Assembly (NCBI GenBank): GCA_964447285.1
Contig: CAYURO010000013.1
Coordinates: forward strand, 16,029-80,028
Direction: 5' to 3'
Source of the DNA: an uncultured Enterobacteriaceae bacterium
Lineage (GTDB): Bacteria > Myxococcota_A > UBA9042
Length of the DNA stretch: 64,000 nt
Shown here: positions 20,209 to 29,393 of the stretch, one piece after another
How positions within the stretch are numbered: the first letter of the stretch is position 1
Layout: every line of letters begins with the position of its first letter
Position numbers and translations under genes: made by a program
The notes under the pieces: generated by a model
What the model was told of the DNA's origin: nothing
What the model saw: the letters and a program-made list of their open reading frames with translations, nothing else
The model's database searches: none

Positions 20209-21738
20209 TCAGAAGCGCGACTCCACCCCCACCGTCACATGCAGGCCAAACACGCTGTTCTGGGAGTCCACATAGCCCCAGTACTCCGTGTTGGTGTTCC
20301 AATTCGTCAACTTCTGGACGGTGCCTCCGAAGACGTTTGCCGTGTTCAGCTTCGACAGGCCCAAACCCGTAGTCAGAATCAGGGTGTCCTTGGCGCCCAC
20401 GCCTCGCAGATAGGTGCGGGTGCCGACCTCGCCCCAACCTACGCCCGGAGCCCCGCCGCCTGCGCCGTACAAATTGAGCACCCGGCCCAGCGGAACGTCG
20501 ATCGAACCGTCCAGATAGCTGAAGCGGAACTCGCCGCGATCGATGACGAGCGTGTTGGTCATGCGCAAGGTGAGGCCATCGACGGCACCGAGACGCAAGT
20601 GCTGCACAACCGACGGTCCCGACTGGCTGCAGCGGTAAGTCTGCGGCTTGGGGGCGCCGCCATCACTGGAGGCTGCCGCGTCGCCCATCGTCGCCAGAAA
20701 GCCGGAACTGTCGCAGCCCCACTCGTTTTCGGCCTCGAATTCGCTGCGGTAATAGCCTGTACCGACGCCGAATTCCGCCAGATCCGTGGCGTATGAAGCG
20801 ATCACTTGGGCGTTGAGCAGATCGATGCCGTTCGGCACCGACAAGCCCACGGGGGACAGGCGCACTTGCAGGTGCAACGCCTTCCAGTAATAGCCCGCGG
20901 CCAGCTCGGTGACGCTGCCGACGTCGATTTCGCCGAAGTTCATGAAGGGACGCAGGGTTGCGCGCGCCCACGCCGTGTGACCGACGCGCTGGGCGTACAT
21001 GATGCCTTGGCTCTTCGGGCGCTCCGTGCGCTCGACGGTGTCGCCGGGACTCGCGGCCTCACCACGCCCCAATTCCGCAACCGCCTTGCGCCCTTGCACT
21101 TGCCTGACCTCGATGACGGCCACTGGCGCGTTGCTGACGGCGTCTTCATCCTTGCCCGTGAACAGGTTCAAGCGCTTCTCGAGGGTCTGCGAGCGCACCA
21201 GCACGAAATCTCCCGGGCGCAACGTGCCGGCCTCGTCCAGCTCGATCAGGACGTTGCCCTGCCTTGCCTCAGCCACCTTGCCCAGGATCACGCTGGTCGC
21301 ACGGCTGGTCGGCACGGCTCCACTCGACGTCTGGGCCACCGTCGACTGCAGCTGTGGACGCCATGCCGCCAGCTTGCCGCCCTCAACCACAGCAAACGCC
21401 TGAACCTTTTGCTCCGCGACCACGGCGAATACGATGCCGTCGGCCACTCGCAGCTCGATCACAGTGCCGCCCACGTCATGTTCGGAACGTTTCTGCGGTG
21501 TGCGTGGGTCGGTGACGTCATAGGTCACCAGCTTGCCGTCGTCCGTGGCTCCCACCAGCAGCGTACCCACCACGCGGTGCAGAATCAGACCAGCGGGCAC
21601 CGTCAACACCGGGACTGCGGCCTCTGCGGCGGCGGCTGGCGACTCAGGCGCGGCAGCTGGCTGGGCCAGTGCAGCGGCGGGTGCCAAACACAGGCCGACG
21701 GTCAGCGCGGCGAGCTTGCGAAAGAGGCACTTCGACAT
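20209..21738 (-). CDS. Hypothetical secreted or outer-membrane protein
   Basis: Signal peptide; LVIVD-like segment; FlgT-C-like middle domain; amphipathic beta-strand C-terminal half ending in GVESRF (terminal Phe). Confidence 0.7.
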   Translation of the reverse strand: MSKCLFRKLAALTVGLCLAPAAALAQPAAAPESPAAAAEAAVPVLTVPAGLILHRVVGTLLVGATDDGKLVTYDVTDPRTPQKRSEHDVGGTVIELRVADGIVFAVVAEQKVQAFAVVEGGKLAAWRPQLQSTVAQTSSGAVPTSRATSVILGKVAEARQGNVLIELDEAGTLRPGDFVLVRSQTLEKRLNLFTGKDEDAVSNAPVAVIEVRQVQGRKAVAELGRGEAASPGDTVERTERPKSQGIMYAQRVGHTAWARATLRPFMNFGEIDVGSVTELAAGYYWKALHLQVRLSPVGLSVPNGIDLLNAQVIASYATDLAEFGVGTGYYRSEFEAENEWGCDSSGFLATMGDAAASSDGGAPKPQTYRCSQSGPSVVQHLRLGAVDGLTLRMTNTLVIDRGEFRFSYLDGSIDVPLGRVLNLYGAGGGAPGVGWGEVGTRTYLRGVGAKDTLILTTGLGLSKLNTANVFGGTVQKLTNWNTNTEYWGYVDSQNSVFGLHVTVGVESRF

Positions 21739-21968
21739 GGGGTCCCCCAGAGAAAACGGGTGTTGCCAAACGGCTTGCCCTCGCATGATCGGGATGGAGC
21801 ACGGCCGTGTCAAAGGCTTCCGGGTCGCCCTCTACACGGCAGGAAGGAATACAAGGCGTCACCAGAGGCTTCTCGGCAACACGATGGCTTGACCCGCCCG
21901 GCGCCGGACGGCTACGCTGCGCCTCCCGTCGCGCTGTATGACTGCGCCCCCCTTGCCGGAGAATCCCG

Positions 21969-22556
21969 ATGACGCATGTGTTTTGCCGTTCGAGCCGTTG
22001 GCTCGGTCTCGCCCTGGCTGCCGCGTTCGCGATGAGCGTGATGCCCAGTGCCGCCAACGCCGCAGAGCTGAAGATCGGCGTGGTGGACCTGCAGAAGGTC
22101 TTGAAGTCGACGGCTGCGGGCAAGGCAGCGCAGAAGAAGTTCGACGACCTGAGCAAGGCCAAGCAGAAGGCACTGAAGAAGCAGAAGGCCGCGTTGGACG
22201 CGCGTCAGGCCAAGCTTGCGGCCGGCAAGAAGGAAATCGAGGCGGCGATCGCCGCGCTGCAAGGCAAAGAGCCCAGCGAGGACCTGAAGTCCAAGGCCAT
22301 GGGATTTCAGGACGAGGCCCGCAAGTTCGAGAAAGATTACATCGACTACGACCGCGCCCGTGAAGCTACTGCGTCCGAGTTGATCAAGACCGAGGGCGAC
22401 CTGCTCAAGCCCATCGAGGACAAGATCCGCGCCAAGGTCGACCAACTGGCCAAGGAGCGAGGTCTGGGTCTGGTGCTCAGCCGCGCCGTCGCCGTGTACG
22501 CTTCCGATGCCCTCGACATCACCGCCGAAATCATCAAGCGGGTCGATGGGCAGTAA
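21969..22556 (+). CDS. skp: Periplasmic chaperone Skp/OmpH
   Basis: Signal peptide, KIGVVDLQKVL, Lys-rich coiled coil, DITAEIIKR. Confidence 0.92.
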   Translation: MTHVFCRSSRWLGLALAAAFAMSVMPSAANAAELKIGVVDLQKVLKSTAAGKAAQKKFDDLSKAKQKALKKQKAALDARQAKLAAGKKEIEAAIAALQGKEPSEDLKSKAMGFQDEARKFEKDYIDYDRAREATASELIKTEGDLLKPIEDKIRAKVDQLAKERGLGLVLSRAVAVYASDALDITAEIIKRVDGQ

Positions 22557-22568
22557 CAGGAACCCGCG

Positions 22569-24416
22569 ATGAGGCTGTCGCCCACCGCCGCACGCTCCCT
22601 GACACTTCTGGCCCTCGCGCTGGGTGTCTCGTTTGCGTGCCGACGCGAGTCGGGCCAGCCAATGGCGCCCGGCGTCCTGTTTCCCGATGCCACCGCCCCC
22701 TCCGCCCAAGCCGCCACCAACGCCACCGGCGCCTTGGCCCGCGTCGAAGTCGTGCCGGAAACCGAACCGAACGACCAAGCGGCCGATGCCCAACCCATCG
22801 CAGCGCAAGCGTTTGTTGACGGGATGTTGGGGGCGACGGCGGCCGATCCGCTCCCCCCCCCCGACCCCGCCGCCAAGACGACCAAGAAGAAGAGCAAGAT
22901 CAAGGAAGTGCTGGTCGATCAGGACTGGTACCGGCTGCCCGCCCCGCCTGCCGGCCAGTCGATGACGATCGACCTGCGCTCGGGCCCAGAGTGTGCGACC
23001 CTTGAACTGTTCGACGACACGGGCAAGACCGTGATCCGGCAGGCGAAGTGGTGGAAGTCCACGCGGCCTGTTCTGCCGTCGATCGGTCCCGTCGCTCGCG
23101 CGACGCTGGTGCGCGTGTCCTGCCGCTCGAAGACGGGCATCGGCGGTGCCTATCGGTTGGCCGTGTGGACCCGTCCCCTCGCGACCGGGGACGAGGTCGA
23201 GCCGAACGACGACCCCACCGTGCCGACCCTGTCGGCGCTGACGCCCGGTACGCCGATACAGGGCACACTCGCGCCTGCCAAGGACGCCGACGCCTTCATG
23301 CTGGACCTGCGCTCGGCGCTGCCGGGTGAGGCATTGGTGCTCAGCGTGACGGGGGTGCCTGATGTGGAACTGGAGTTGGAGGTCGTCGATCCCGTGACGC
23401 GCAAGGCGATCCTGACGCGACGACCGGCCAAGGGCGCAGGCGCTCTGGTGCCCAATCTGGATGTCGGACGCACAGGAGACCACCCGATCGTCGTCGTTCG
23501 CGCCAGAACCGGCCAAGCACCGGACACGCCGTATGTGCTGACGGCCGGTCCCTATTTGCCGCCCGGCTGCGTGCGACAGGCCGACTGTCTCGACCGCCTT
23601 CCGAACGAGCGCGAGCCCAACGACCGCTCTGACCTCGCGATCACCCTGCCCGGTCCCGGCGTAGTGTCTGGCCTGATTGACGCCCCGGGCGACGTCGACT
23701 GGTACGCGGCAGCTGGCGCGCCAGGCTCGGTGCTGTTGGTGCGTCTGGAGGGTCCGGCGACGCTGCTGATGGCGCTGCAGGTCGGTGAGGGCGCGAACGC
23801 CGCCGTGGTGAGAGCGGAGAAGTCAGGAGATCCTGTGACGTTGGCGCTGGGAGGCCAGACGAGTCAGGCTCCCGTCATCGTGAGCGTCCGAGCCGAGAAG
23901 GACGGCTTCGCCCCGACGGAAGCCTATCGCCTGACGCTCGAGTGGGTCGCCCTGCCCGACTTCGAGGTTGAGCCCTCGGGACGCGACGCTTGGGCGCCTG
24001 CCCAGCTGCTGGTGCGACAACCCATTGACCCGGAAAGCTTTCCGCAAGGTGGTTGGCAGCGCCACGGTGCCCTGCTGCCGGCCGGCGACCGAGACGCGTT
24101 TGGCGTGGACCTCTCGACGCGACAGGGTCCCGTGGGGCTGGAGCTGGCGTGCGTGGGAGACGGCGCGCCCGGCCTGATGTGCGCCGTCGAGGACTTCACC
24201 GGAGCCTCACTGGTGCGAATCGCCGCCCCGATGGAAGCAGGTATCGCCAGCCGCACGCCACTGGTCGTCAACCCCGGTCGCTATCGGGTGGTGGTGACCG
24301 CCGACCCGCCGCGCGCCAGCCCGACGCCCTACGCCGTGCAGCTGCGCGAGTCGCCCGACGCTGTCGGCCTTCCCACGGGAGCGACGACCGCCGGAACCGA
24401 GACACAGGCCCCGTAA
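22569..24416 (+). CDS. Lipoprotein with four PPC-like ExEPND beta-sandwich repeats
   Basis: Lipobox SFAC; ETEPND, EVEPND, EREPND and EVEPSG, each followed by D.D[WA][YF]. Confidence 0.7.
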   Translation: MRLSPTAARSLTLLALALGVSFACRRESGQPMAPGVLFPDATAPSAQAATNATGALARVEVVPETEPNDQAADAQPIAAQAFVDGMLGATAADPLPPPDPAAKTTKKKSKIKEVLVDQDWYRLPAPPAGQSMTIDLRSGPECATLELFDDTGKTVIRQAKWWKSTRPVLPSIGPVARATLVRVSCRSKTGIGGAYRLAVWTRPLATGDEVEPNDDPTVPTLSALTPGTPIQGTLAPAKDADAFMLDLRSALPGEALVLSVTGVPDVELELEVVDPVTRKAILTRRPAKGAGALVPNLDVGRTGDHPIVVVRARTGQAPDTPYVLTAGPYLPPGCVRQADCLDRLPNEREPNDRSDLAITLPGPGVVSGLIDAPGDVDWYAAAGAPGSVLLVRLEGPATLLMALQVGEGANAAVVRAEKSGDPVTLALGGQTSQAPVIVSVRAEKDGFAPTEAYRLTLEWVALPDFEVEPSGRDAWAPAQLLVRQPIDPESFPQGGWQRHGALLPAGDRDAFGVDLSTRQGPVGLELACVGDGAPGLMCAVEDFTGASLVRIAAPMEAGIASRTPLVVNPGRYRVVVTADPPRASPTPYAVQLRESPDAVGLPTGATTAGTETQAP

Positions 24417-24521
24417 CCTCTTGCACCGGCAAACGAATTAGCAAAGCCACTCAGACGCCCGGGGGGAGGGAGCGCCCGAATGGCTTGCTGGGAAATCGGG
24501 AGCCGTGCACCGCGCGGGCGG

Positions 24522-25322
24522 CTAACCGACCTTGGGCTCGTCTTCAGTCGGCACGGGCGCGGCGACGGGCGCGGCGTCTGCGACATCGTCGGCATGACCG
24601 TGCCGGGGCTGACCTGGATTGTGGCCGTTGGGGAAGAGGAGGTCGTACTCCTTGCCGTGCCGCTCCTCCAACTCTTCCGCCGTCAGGAATCCGGTGACCA
24701 TCGTGCGGTCGAGCGGGAACACTTCCGGTGAGAAAATCGCCCCATACGCGTGCCACACGATCAGCACCAAGAACGCGAGCATGGCCTCGTTCGAGTGCGC
24801 CATGCGTGAGGCAGGGATGACCTGACCAGGCAGGAACTCGGCAAGCAGGCCCGGATACATCAGCACCAAGCCCGAAAAGATCATCACGAAGCCGCCCAGC
24901 ACCATACCCAAGTACTCGAACTTCTGGCGGTAATCGAACTTCGGGTACTTTGGTGGATGCTTGCGGTAGCCCAAGTACCACGCCATGGTCGCCACGACGT
25001 CGCGCAGGTCCTGCGGCACCGGCACCATCGAGAAGCGCATCTTGTGAAGCAGCACGCCTGCGATGAACAGCAGCAAGTGCGCACCGGTGTGGACGGCGAA
25101 GACGACGCCGGCGACACGGTGGAAGAAGCGTGCCTGATCGAGACCGCCGAACACCTGCAACAGCCACGAAGCCCAGGTCGCCTCGTAGAACTTCTGCGGA
25201 AAGCCGGTCAGCACGAGCATGGCAAAGGTCAGGATGACGACGATGTGCTCAACGCGGCGGAACGGCGAGAACCGCTCGACCAGCACGACGCCGTCAGCTC
25301 TGCGGAGAATCTTGGTCGACAT
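24522..25322 (-). CDS. Di-heme cytochrome b membrane subunit (FdnI/HydC-like, CbcL C-terminal type)
   Basis: ERFSPFRRVEH, LTGFPQKF, HRVAG, KFDYRQKFEY, HSNEAMLA and VWHAY; four TM helices with His ligands. Confidence 0.88.
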   Translation of the reverse strand: MSTKILRRADGVVLVERFSPFRRVEHIVVILTFAMLVLTGFPQKFYEATWASWLLQVFGGLDQARFFHRVAGVVFAVHTGAHLLLFIAGVLLHKMRFSMVPVPQDLRDVVATMAWYLGYRKHPPKYPKFDYRQKFEYLGMVLGGFVMIFSGLVLMYPGLLAEFLPGQVIPASRMAHSNEAMLAFLVLIVWHAYGAIFSPEVFPLDRTMVTGFLTAEELEERHGKEYDLLFPNGHNPGQPRHGHADDVADAAPVAAPVPTEDEPKVG

Positions 25323-25340
25323 GACGCCTCCAGGCGAGGT

Positions 25341-26504
25341 TCAGCGGTGGGTCCGGATGCGCCACAGGTGCAGCAGGATGTGGATGACCAGACCGAGCAT
25401 GATGAAAGGAATCAGCAGGCGATACGCCCACTTGATGCCCCACACCAGCGGAGCGGCCTCCAGCGTCGGCGGGTAGTGGCTCATCCAGGCGTCGGCGAAT
25501 GCGTCCGGCACCTTCTTGTGGCACTTGCGGCACGTGTCGGCCACGCGCTTGCGGGTGGCTTCAGGGCTGGACCCCTCGACCCCCTTGGCGATGTCGTGGA
25601 TGCCGTGGCAGTCGGTGCAGGTGGCAATCGGCTTGCCGGGGATGCCTGCGCCCTGGGCATAGAGTCGGTTCGAGGCGCCGTGGAAGTCGTCGAGATAGGT
25701 GGTCAGCACGTCCGAGCTGAGGCCGTACTTGCTCATGACCTTCTCGTCGCCGTGGCACCGTGCGCAGACTTGGTAGGACCGCACGTGAAAATCGCCCTTC
25801 TTGGGATTGGCGATCGAGTGCGCGCCGTGGCAGTCGACGCAACCAGGCACGTCGGGGTTGTTCTCCGCCAGCGCCTTGCCGTGCACCGAGCTCTTGTACT
25901 TCTCGTACAGCTTGGTGTGGCACTTGGCGCAGCTGGCGTTCATCGCCGACCGGGGCGTCTTGGGGTCCGACGGACTCTTGGTCGCGTGACTGCCGTGGCA
26001 ATCGACGCAGGTCGGCGCGTCCTTGTTGCCCTTCTTCAGCAGGTCGTAGTGGCTGCTGTCGAGCACGCGCGTGTAGTACGCGTAGTGGCAGCGCTGACAG
26101 GTCACGGCCCGCTCGAGCGTATAGTCGCGGGCGGTCTTGGCCTTCAGTTCCGGGTGGGGATGGTCCGTGATTTCGCGGTGGCAGTCGGTGCAGGCGATGC
26201 GGCCACCGTGAACTGAACCGCCCCATACCTTCTCGTCGACGTAGACCGACCGCTCGGTGCCGTCGGCAAACGTGATCGTGTCACCGTCGCTGGAGTGGCA
26301 CTCCATACACGGCTCGGTGCCTGCCTTGACGGCGGCGGGGTCGGAAGGCTTGGCTTTTTCGACCGCGGCGGCTGGCGTGCCGGCAGGCTCGTCGGCAGCG
26401 AATGCCGTCGATGCGAGCAGAAGGACAGCCACCGCGGGAAGACCAACCAGGAGCAGGGAGCGCGCGGCCCACGTCTGGGCGCTGCGAGGAGACTCGAGTG
26501 TCAT
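25341..26504 (-). CDS. Nonaheme c-type cytochrome with signal peptide and C-terminal membrane anchor
   Basis: Nine CxxCH motifs (CMECH, CTDCH, CQRCH, CVDCH, CAKCH, CVDCH, CARCH, CTDCH, CRKCH), SVHG repeats and a C-terminal TM helix. Confidence 0.92.
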   Translation of the reverse strand: MTLESPRSAQTWAARSLLLVGLPAVAVLLLASTAFAADEPAGTPAAAVEKAKPSDPAAVKAGTEPCMECHSSDGDTITFADGTERSVYVDEKVWGGSVHGGRIACTDCHREITDHPHPELKAKTARDYTLERAVTCQRCHYAYYTRVLDSSHYDLLKKGNKDAPTCVDCHGSHATKSPSDPKTPRSAMNASCAKCHTKLYEKYKSSVHGKALAENNPDVPGCVDCHGAHSIANPKKGDFHVRSYQVCARCHGDEKVMSKYGLSSDVLTTYLDDFHGASNRLYAQGAGIPGKPIATCTDCHGIHDIAKGVEGSSPEATRKRVADTCRKCHKKVPDAFADAWMSHYPPTLEAAPLVWGIKWAYRLLIPFIMLGLVIHILLHLWRIRTHR

Positions 26505-26529
26505 CAGGCACCTCGGGAAGCGGGGAAGC

Positions 26530-26949
26530 TCACTTCTCGTCGTCGCGGCGGGCCTTCACCTCGTCGCGCAGGTCGCTCAGGGCGGCGTCCGGCGCGGGCT
26601 TGGCGTCGGCGGGGGTCTCAGTCGTGTTCTTCAGGTAGGACGTCGTGGGCTCCCAGCGCATGACCGCCAGATGCGCCGTGTCGCCGGTGAGGCCCGTGAC
26701 CTGCCGCCAAGCGAAGCGGCCCAGACCGACCACCGCCAGCAGGACCACGACCGCCGGGAAGGCCATCACGAAGACGCCACCGAGCACGGGGGCCATCGCA
26801 ACCATCAGCAGCGTCGGGATGCGGCGGTACTCGGCGCCGGTGCGGCCGTCGAGGGTCTCGTCGTCGGCACCGACAAACCGGACGTCGAAGGGCTTCGTCG
26901 AGACGTACACACCGTAGGTCACCTTCTGTCCGCTGTTCCAGGTCTTCAT
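26530..26949 (-). CDS. Small hypothetical membrane protein leading the cytochrome operon
   Basis: AGGAG RBS; hydrophobic hairpin (PTLLMVAMAPVLGGVFVMAFP...); co-directional with the cytochrome genes with a 25-bp gap. Confidence 0.75.
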   Translation of the reverse strand: MKTWNSGQKVTYGVYVSTKPFDVRFVGADDETLDGRTGAEYRRIPTLLMVAMAPVLGGVFVMAFPAVVVLLAVVGLGRFAWRQVTGLTGDTAHLAVMRWEPTTSYLKNTTETPADAKPAPDAALSDLRDEVKARRDDEK

Positions 26950-27055
26950 GGCTGTCTCCTTTACTCGTCAGGGTGCGCCACCGCTTGTTGGGTGGCTTCT
27001 GAGGTCAGTATGCGGGGGGACGAGGCAGCGCGGTATGCGGAAGAAGACTCAGTAG

Positions 27056-27077
27056 GCCTAGGAAAAAGTACCTAGGC
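27056..27077. promoter_or_regulatory. Perfect 7-bp inverted repeat, candidate response-regulator operator
   Basis: GCCTAGG-AAAAAGTA-CCTAGGC, overlapping a TAGGCCTA palindrome, between divergent units and about 45-65 bp upstream of a minus-strand CATACT -10-like box (27007-27012). Confidence 0.5.
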
Positions 27078-27221
27078 AGTCGATTTGTGTCACTCAGGCG
27101 AACGAAGGTGCTTGGAGCGGAGCAGCGAAAGGGCCGGGCGGCAACGCGCCGAGCGTCGCCTATCCTGACGGGCTTTCCGTCTGCCGACAAGCAGGCTACA
27201 AGGCAGCCGCGGGGGGTCGCC

Positions 27222-28190
27222 TTGGTCACGGAGCTGCTCACAGCCAACGTCATCCACGGGCTCGTCGCTCTGGGGTGGGCGTTCGGCGTCGAGCGCATGG
27301 CTGGTCCATGGACGGCTTCGGCGAAAATGCGCCTGTATCAGCTTGCCTTGGCGTTGCCCGTCGTCGTTCTGCTCCTGCGCTTGCTGGGGGTACCGCCGTT
27401 TCCTGACGGTTTGCGACTTGTGCGTGTCGACGTCTGGGCGGGCTGGTTGACCGGCGGGGGCATGGAAGTCCAGGTGCCGATGACGATCCTGTTTGGCGGC
27501 ACGGCGGTAGTGTTCGCCGTGCAAGAGCTGGCCCCTTTCTGGCAGCGCCGACGCAAGCCGCGGGGCGCGCCCCGCGCGCCCGACCAGCGCTTGGAAGCGA
27601 CTCTACTACAAGTGCGCCATATCTATGCGGAAATTGGCGTGCGCCTGCCTCGCGGCAACCGAATCCTCGCCCGCCGGATCGAGACGGACCAGCCTACCGC
27701 CGCCTTGCATGGCCTGCGCCACCCCACCCTGCTGGTGTCACGCAAGCTGTTGAATACCCTGGATGATGACGAACTGGCGGCGGTGGTGGCGCACGAACTG
27801 GCCCACGCCGCGACCGGTGGCAGTCTGGAGCTGCTGGCCATGTGGCTGCTGCGCGCCCTGCAGGCGATGAGTCCGGCTGCGCTGGTGGCGTTTCGACATC
27901 TGGTCGAAGTGCGAGAGGAGACGTGTGACGCACTGGCTGCACGCGTCACGGGGCGTCCGGCGGCCTTGGCCTCCGCGCTGCTGTCCGTCCATGACGCGTC
28001 CGGTCCGGCCCGCGAGTCAGCCCACTTGGTGGACCGTGCCCGCGACGAGGTGCTGCGCCGGGCGGAGCACGCGTCGACCCGCGACCGGGTCAAGGCGCTG
28101 CTGGCGTGGCGACTTGAGAAGGGGCACACGGCGCTGGGCCCGTGGTCAGCGATGCTGGTGTTGGGAGGGCTGCTGTGGACCATCGGCTGA
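27222..28190 (+). CDS. M56/M48-family membrane zinc metallopeptidase (BlaR1 protease-domain-like); start uncertain
   Basis: TM helices, PTLLVSRKLL...LDDDELAAVVAHELAH (HExxH), EETCDALA...PAALASALL. Confidence 0.8.
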   Translation: MVTELLTANVIHGLVALGWAFGVERMAGPWTASAKMRLYQLALALPVVVLLLRLLGVPPFPDGLRLVRVDVWAGWLTGGGMEVQVPMTILFGGTAVVFAVQELAPFWQRRRKPRGAPRAPDQRLEATLLQVRHIYAEIGVRLPRGNRILARRIETDQPTAALHGLRHPTLLVSRKLLNTLDDDELAAVVAHELAHAATGGSLELLAMWLLRALQAMSPAALVAFRHLVEVREETCDALAARVTGRPAALASALLSVHDASGPARESAHLVDRARDEVLRRAEHASTRDRVKALLAWRLEKGHTALGPWSAMLVLGGLLWTIG

Positions 28191-28711
28191 AGGGTCTGTG
28201 GCGCGGCGTGCGCGTTCTTGCGTGGACCACTGTCCTGGCGGGGACGCTGTGGACGGTAGACCGCGGCATGTTCGGGCCCACTGCGCCCAGGGGCTGGCAG
28301 GAGGCCGCGACGCTGCAGACCATCCCCGTCACCGCCGGCCGTGCTGTCGTTCCGGGCTATTTGCCAGCAGGCTGGCAGTGGCCGCCGGCTGCCTACTGGC
28401 GCAAGGACCCCACCCCCGGCTGGTGGTGGCAGTCTGGCCCCGCTGACGCCCCAGAGACCCGACTTTGGCTGGGAACCGGGGGCTTGCCTGCTCCTCCCGC
28501 CATGGGCAACGCCGGAAGCTGTCTGGGAACTGCCCCGGGTCAGCGCTGCCCCAAGGGTTGGCACCTGTTCTCGCGCAGCTTGGGCAACGGACAGGCCGCC
28601 ACCGGAAGCGCGGGCGACCGCGTCGTGTGGATGGTGACCAACGCCGACCCGACCGAGGCCCTGCGGGTGCTGGACGGGCTGCCGACCTCGCGCGAGGGCG
28701 TGGCCCGCTGA
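28142..28711 (+). CDS. Hypothetical membrane-anchored Trp/Pro-rich protein (start uncertain)
   Basis: ORF overlapping the end of the peptidase gene; N-terminal hydrophobic segment; VVPGYLPAGWQW motif. Confidence 0.55.
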   Translation: MVSDAGVGRAAVDHRLKGLWRGVRVLAWTTVLAGTLWTVDRGMFGPTAPRGWQEAATLQTIPVTAGRAVVPGYLPAGWQWPPAAYWRKDPTPGWWWQSGPADAPETRLWLGTGGLPAPPAMGNAGSCLGTAPGQRCPKGWHLFSRSLGNGQAATGSAGDRVVWMVTNADPTEALRVLDGLPTSREGVAR

Positions 28712-28721
28712 GGGCCGGAAA

Positions 28722-29393
28722 CTACTCCATCGGCAGCAGCCCAACCTTGATCGAAAACTGGATCAGCTTGGATCGATTGTGGATCCCCAGCTTGTCCATC
28801 AGATTGACCCGGTGCGTCATCACGGTCTTGATGGCCAGGTCCAGTGAGCTTGCGATTTCCTTGTTGCTCAGCCCTTCCGCAATCATCTTCAGGATCTGCT
28901 TCTCGCGCGGTGTCAGGCGGCCGTACGCCTCCTCTGACGCTGCAGCGGTCGACTCCTGACCTTGCGGCTCACGGGTGAAGAACACGCTGGCGAGGCTGGG
29001 GTCAATGTACGTACCACCGGCCAGAACCGCCCGAATCGCCACCAGAAGTTCTTCTCCGCGCGCCGACTTCAGGATGTAGCCGTTGGCCCCAGCTTCGAGC
29101 AGCCGTCGCAGGTAGATCGACTCGCTGTACTGCGTCAGCACCAGGATCTTGCTGCGCAATTCGCGCTTGCGGATCTCGATGGTCGCCTCGAGGCCGCCCA
29201 TCCCCGTCATCGCCAAGTCCAGCAGCAGCAGATCGGGTCTCAGCGACTCGACCAACGCCACGGCCTCCTCACCCGACGAGCCCTCTCCCACCACGTGGAT
29301 CTGCAAGTCCTTCTGCTCTTCCAGAAAGGCGCGCATCCCCACCCGCAGCACCACGTGGTCATCGGCGAGCACCATGCGGATGTTCTGGCTCAT
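28722..29393 (-). CDS. NarL/FixJ-family response regulator (REC-LuxR HTH)
   Basis: LADDH, LLDLAM and YILKS; C-terminal LTPREKQILKMIAEGLSNKEIA...KTVMTHR. Confidence 0.95.
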   Translation of the reverse strand: MSQNIRMVLADDHVVLRVGMRAFLEEQKDLQIHVVGEGSSGEEAVALVESLRPDLLLLDLAMTGMGGLEATIEIRKRELRSKILVLTQYSESIYLRRLLEAGANGYILKSARGEELLVAIRAVLAGGTYIDPSLASVFFTREPQGQESTAAASEEAYGRLTPREKQILKMIAEGLSNKEIASSLDLAIKTVMTHRVNLMDKLGIHNRSKLIQFSIKVGLLPME

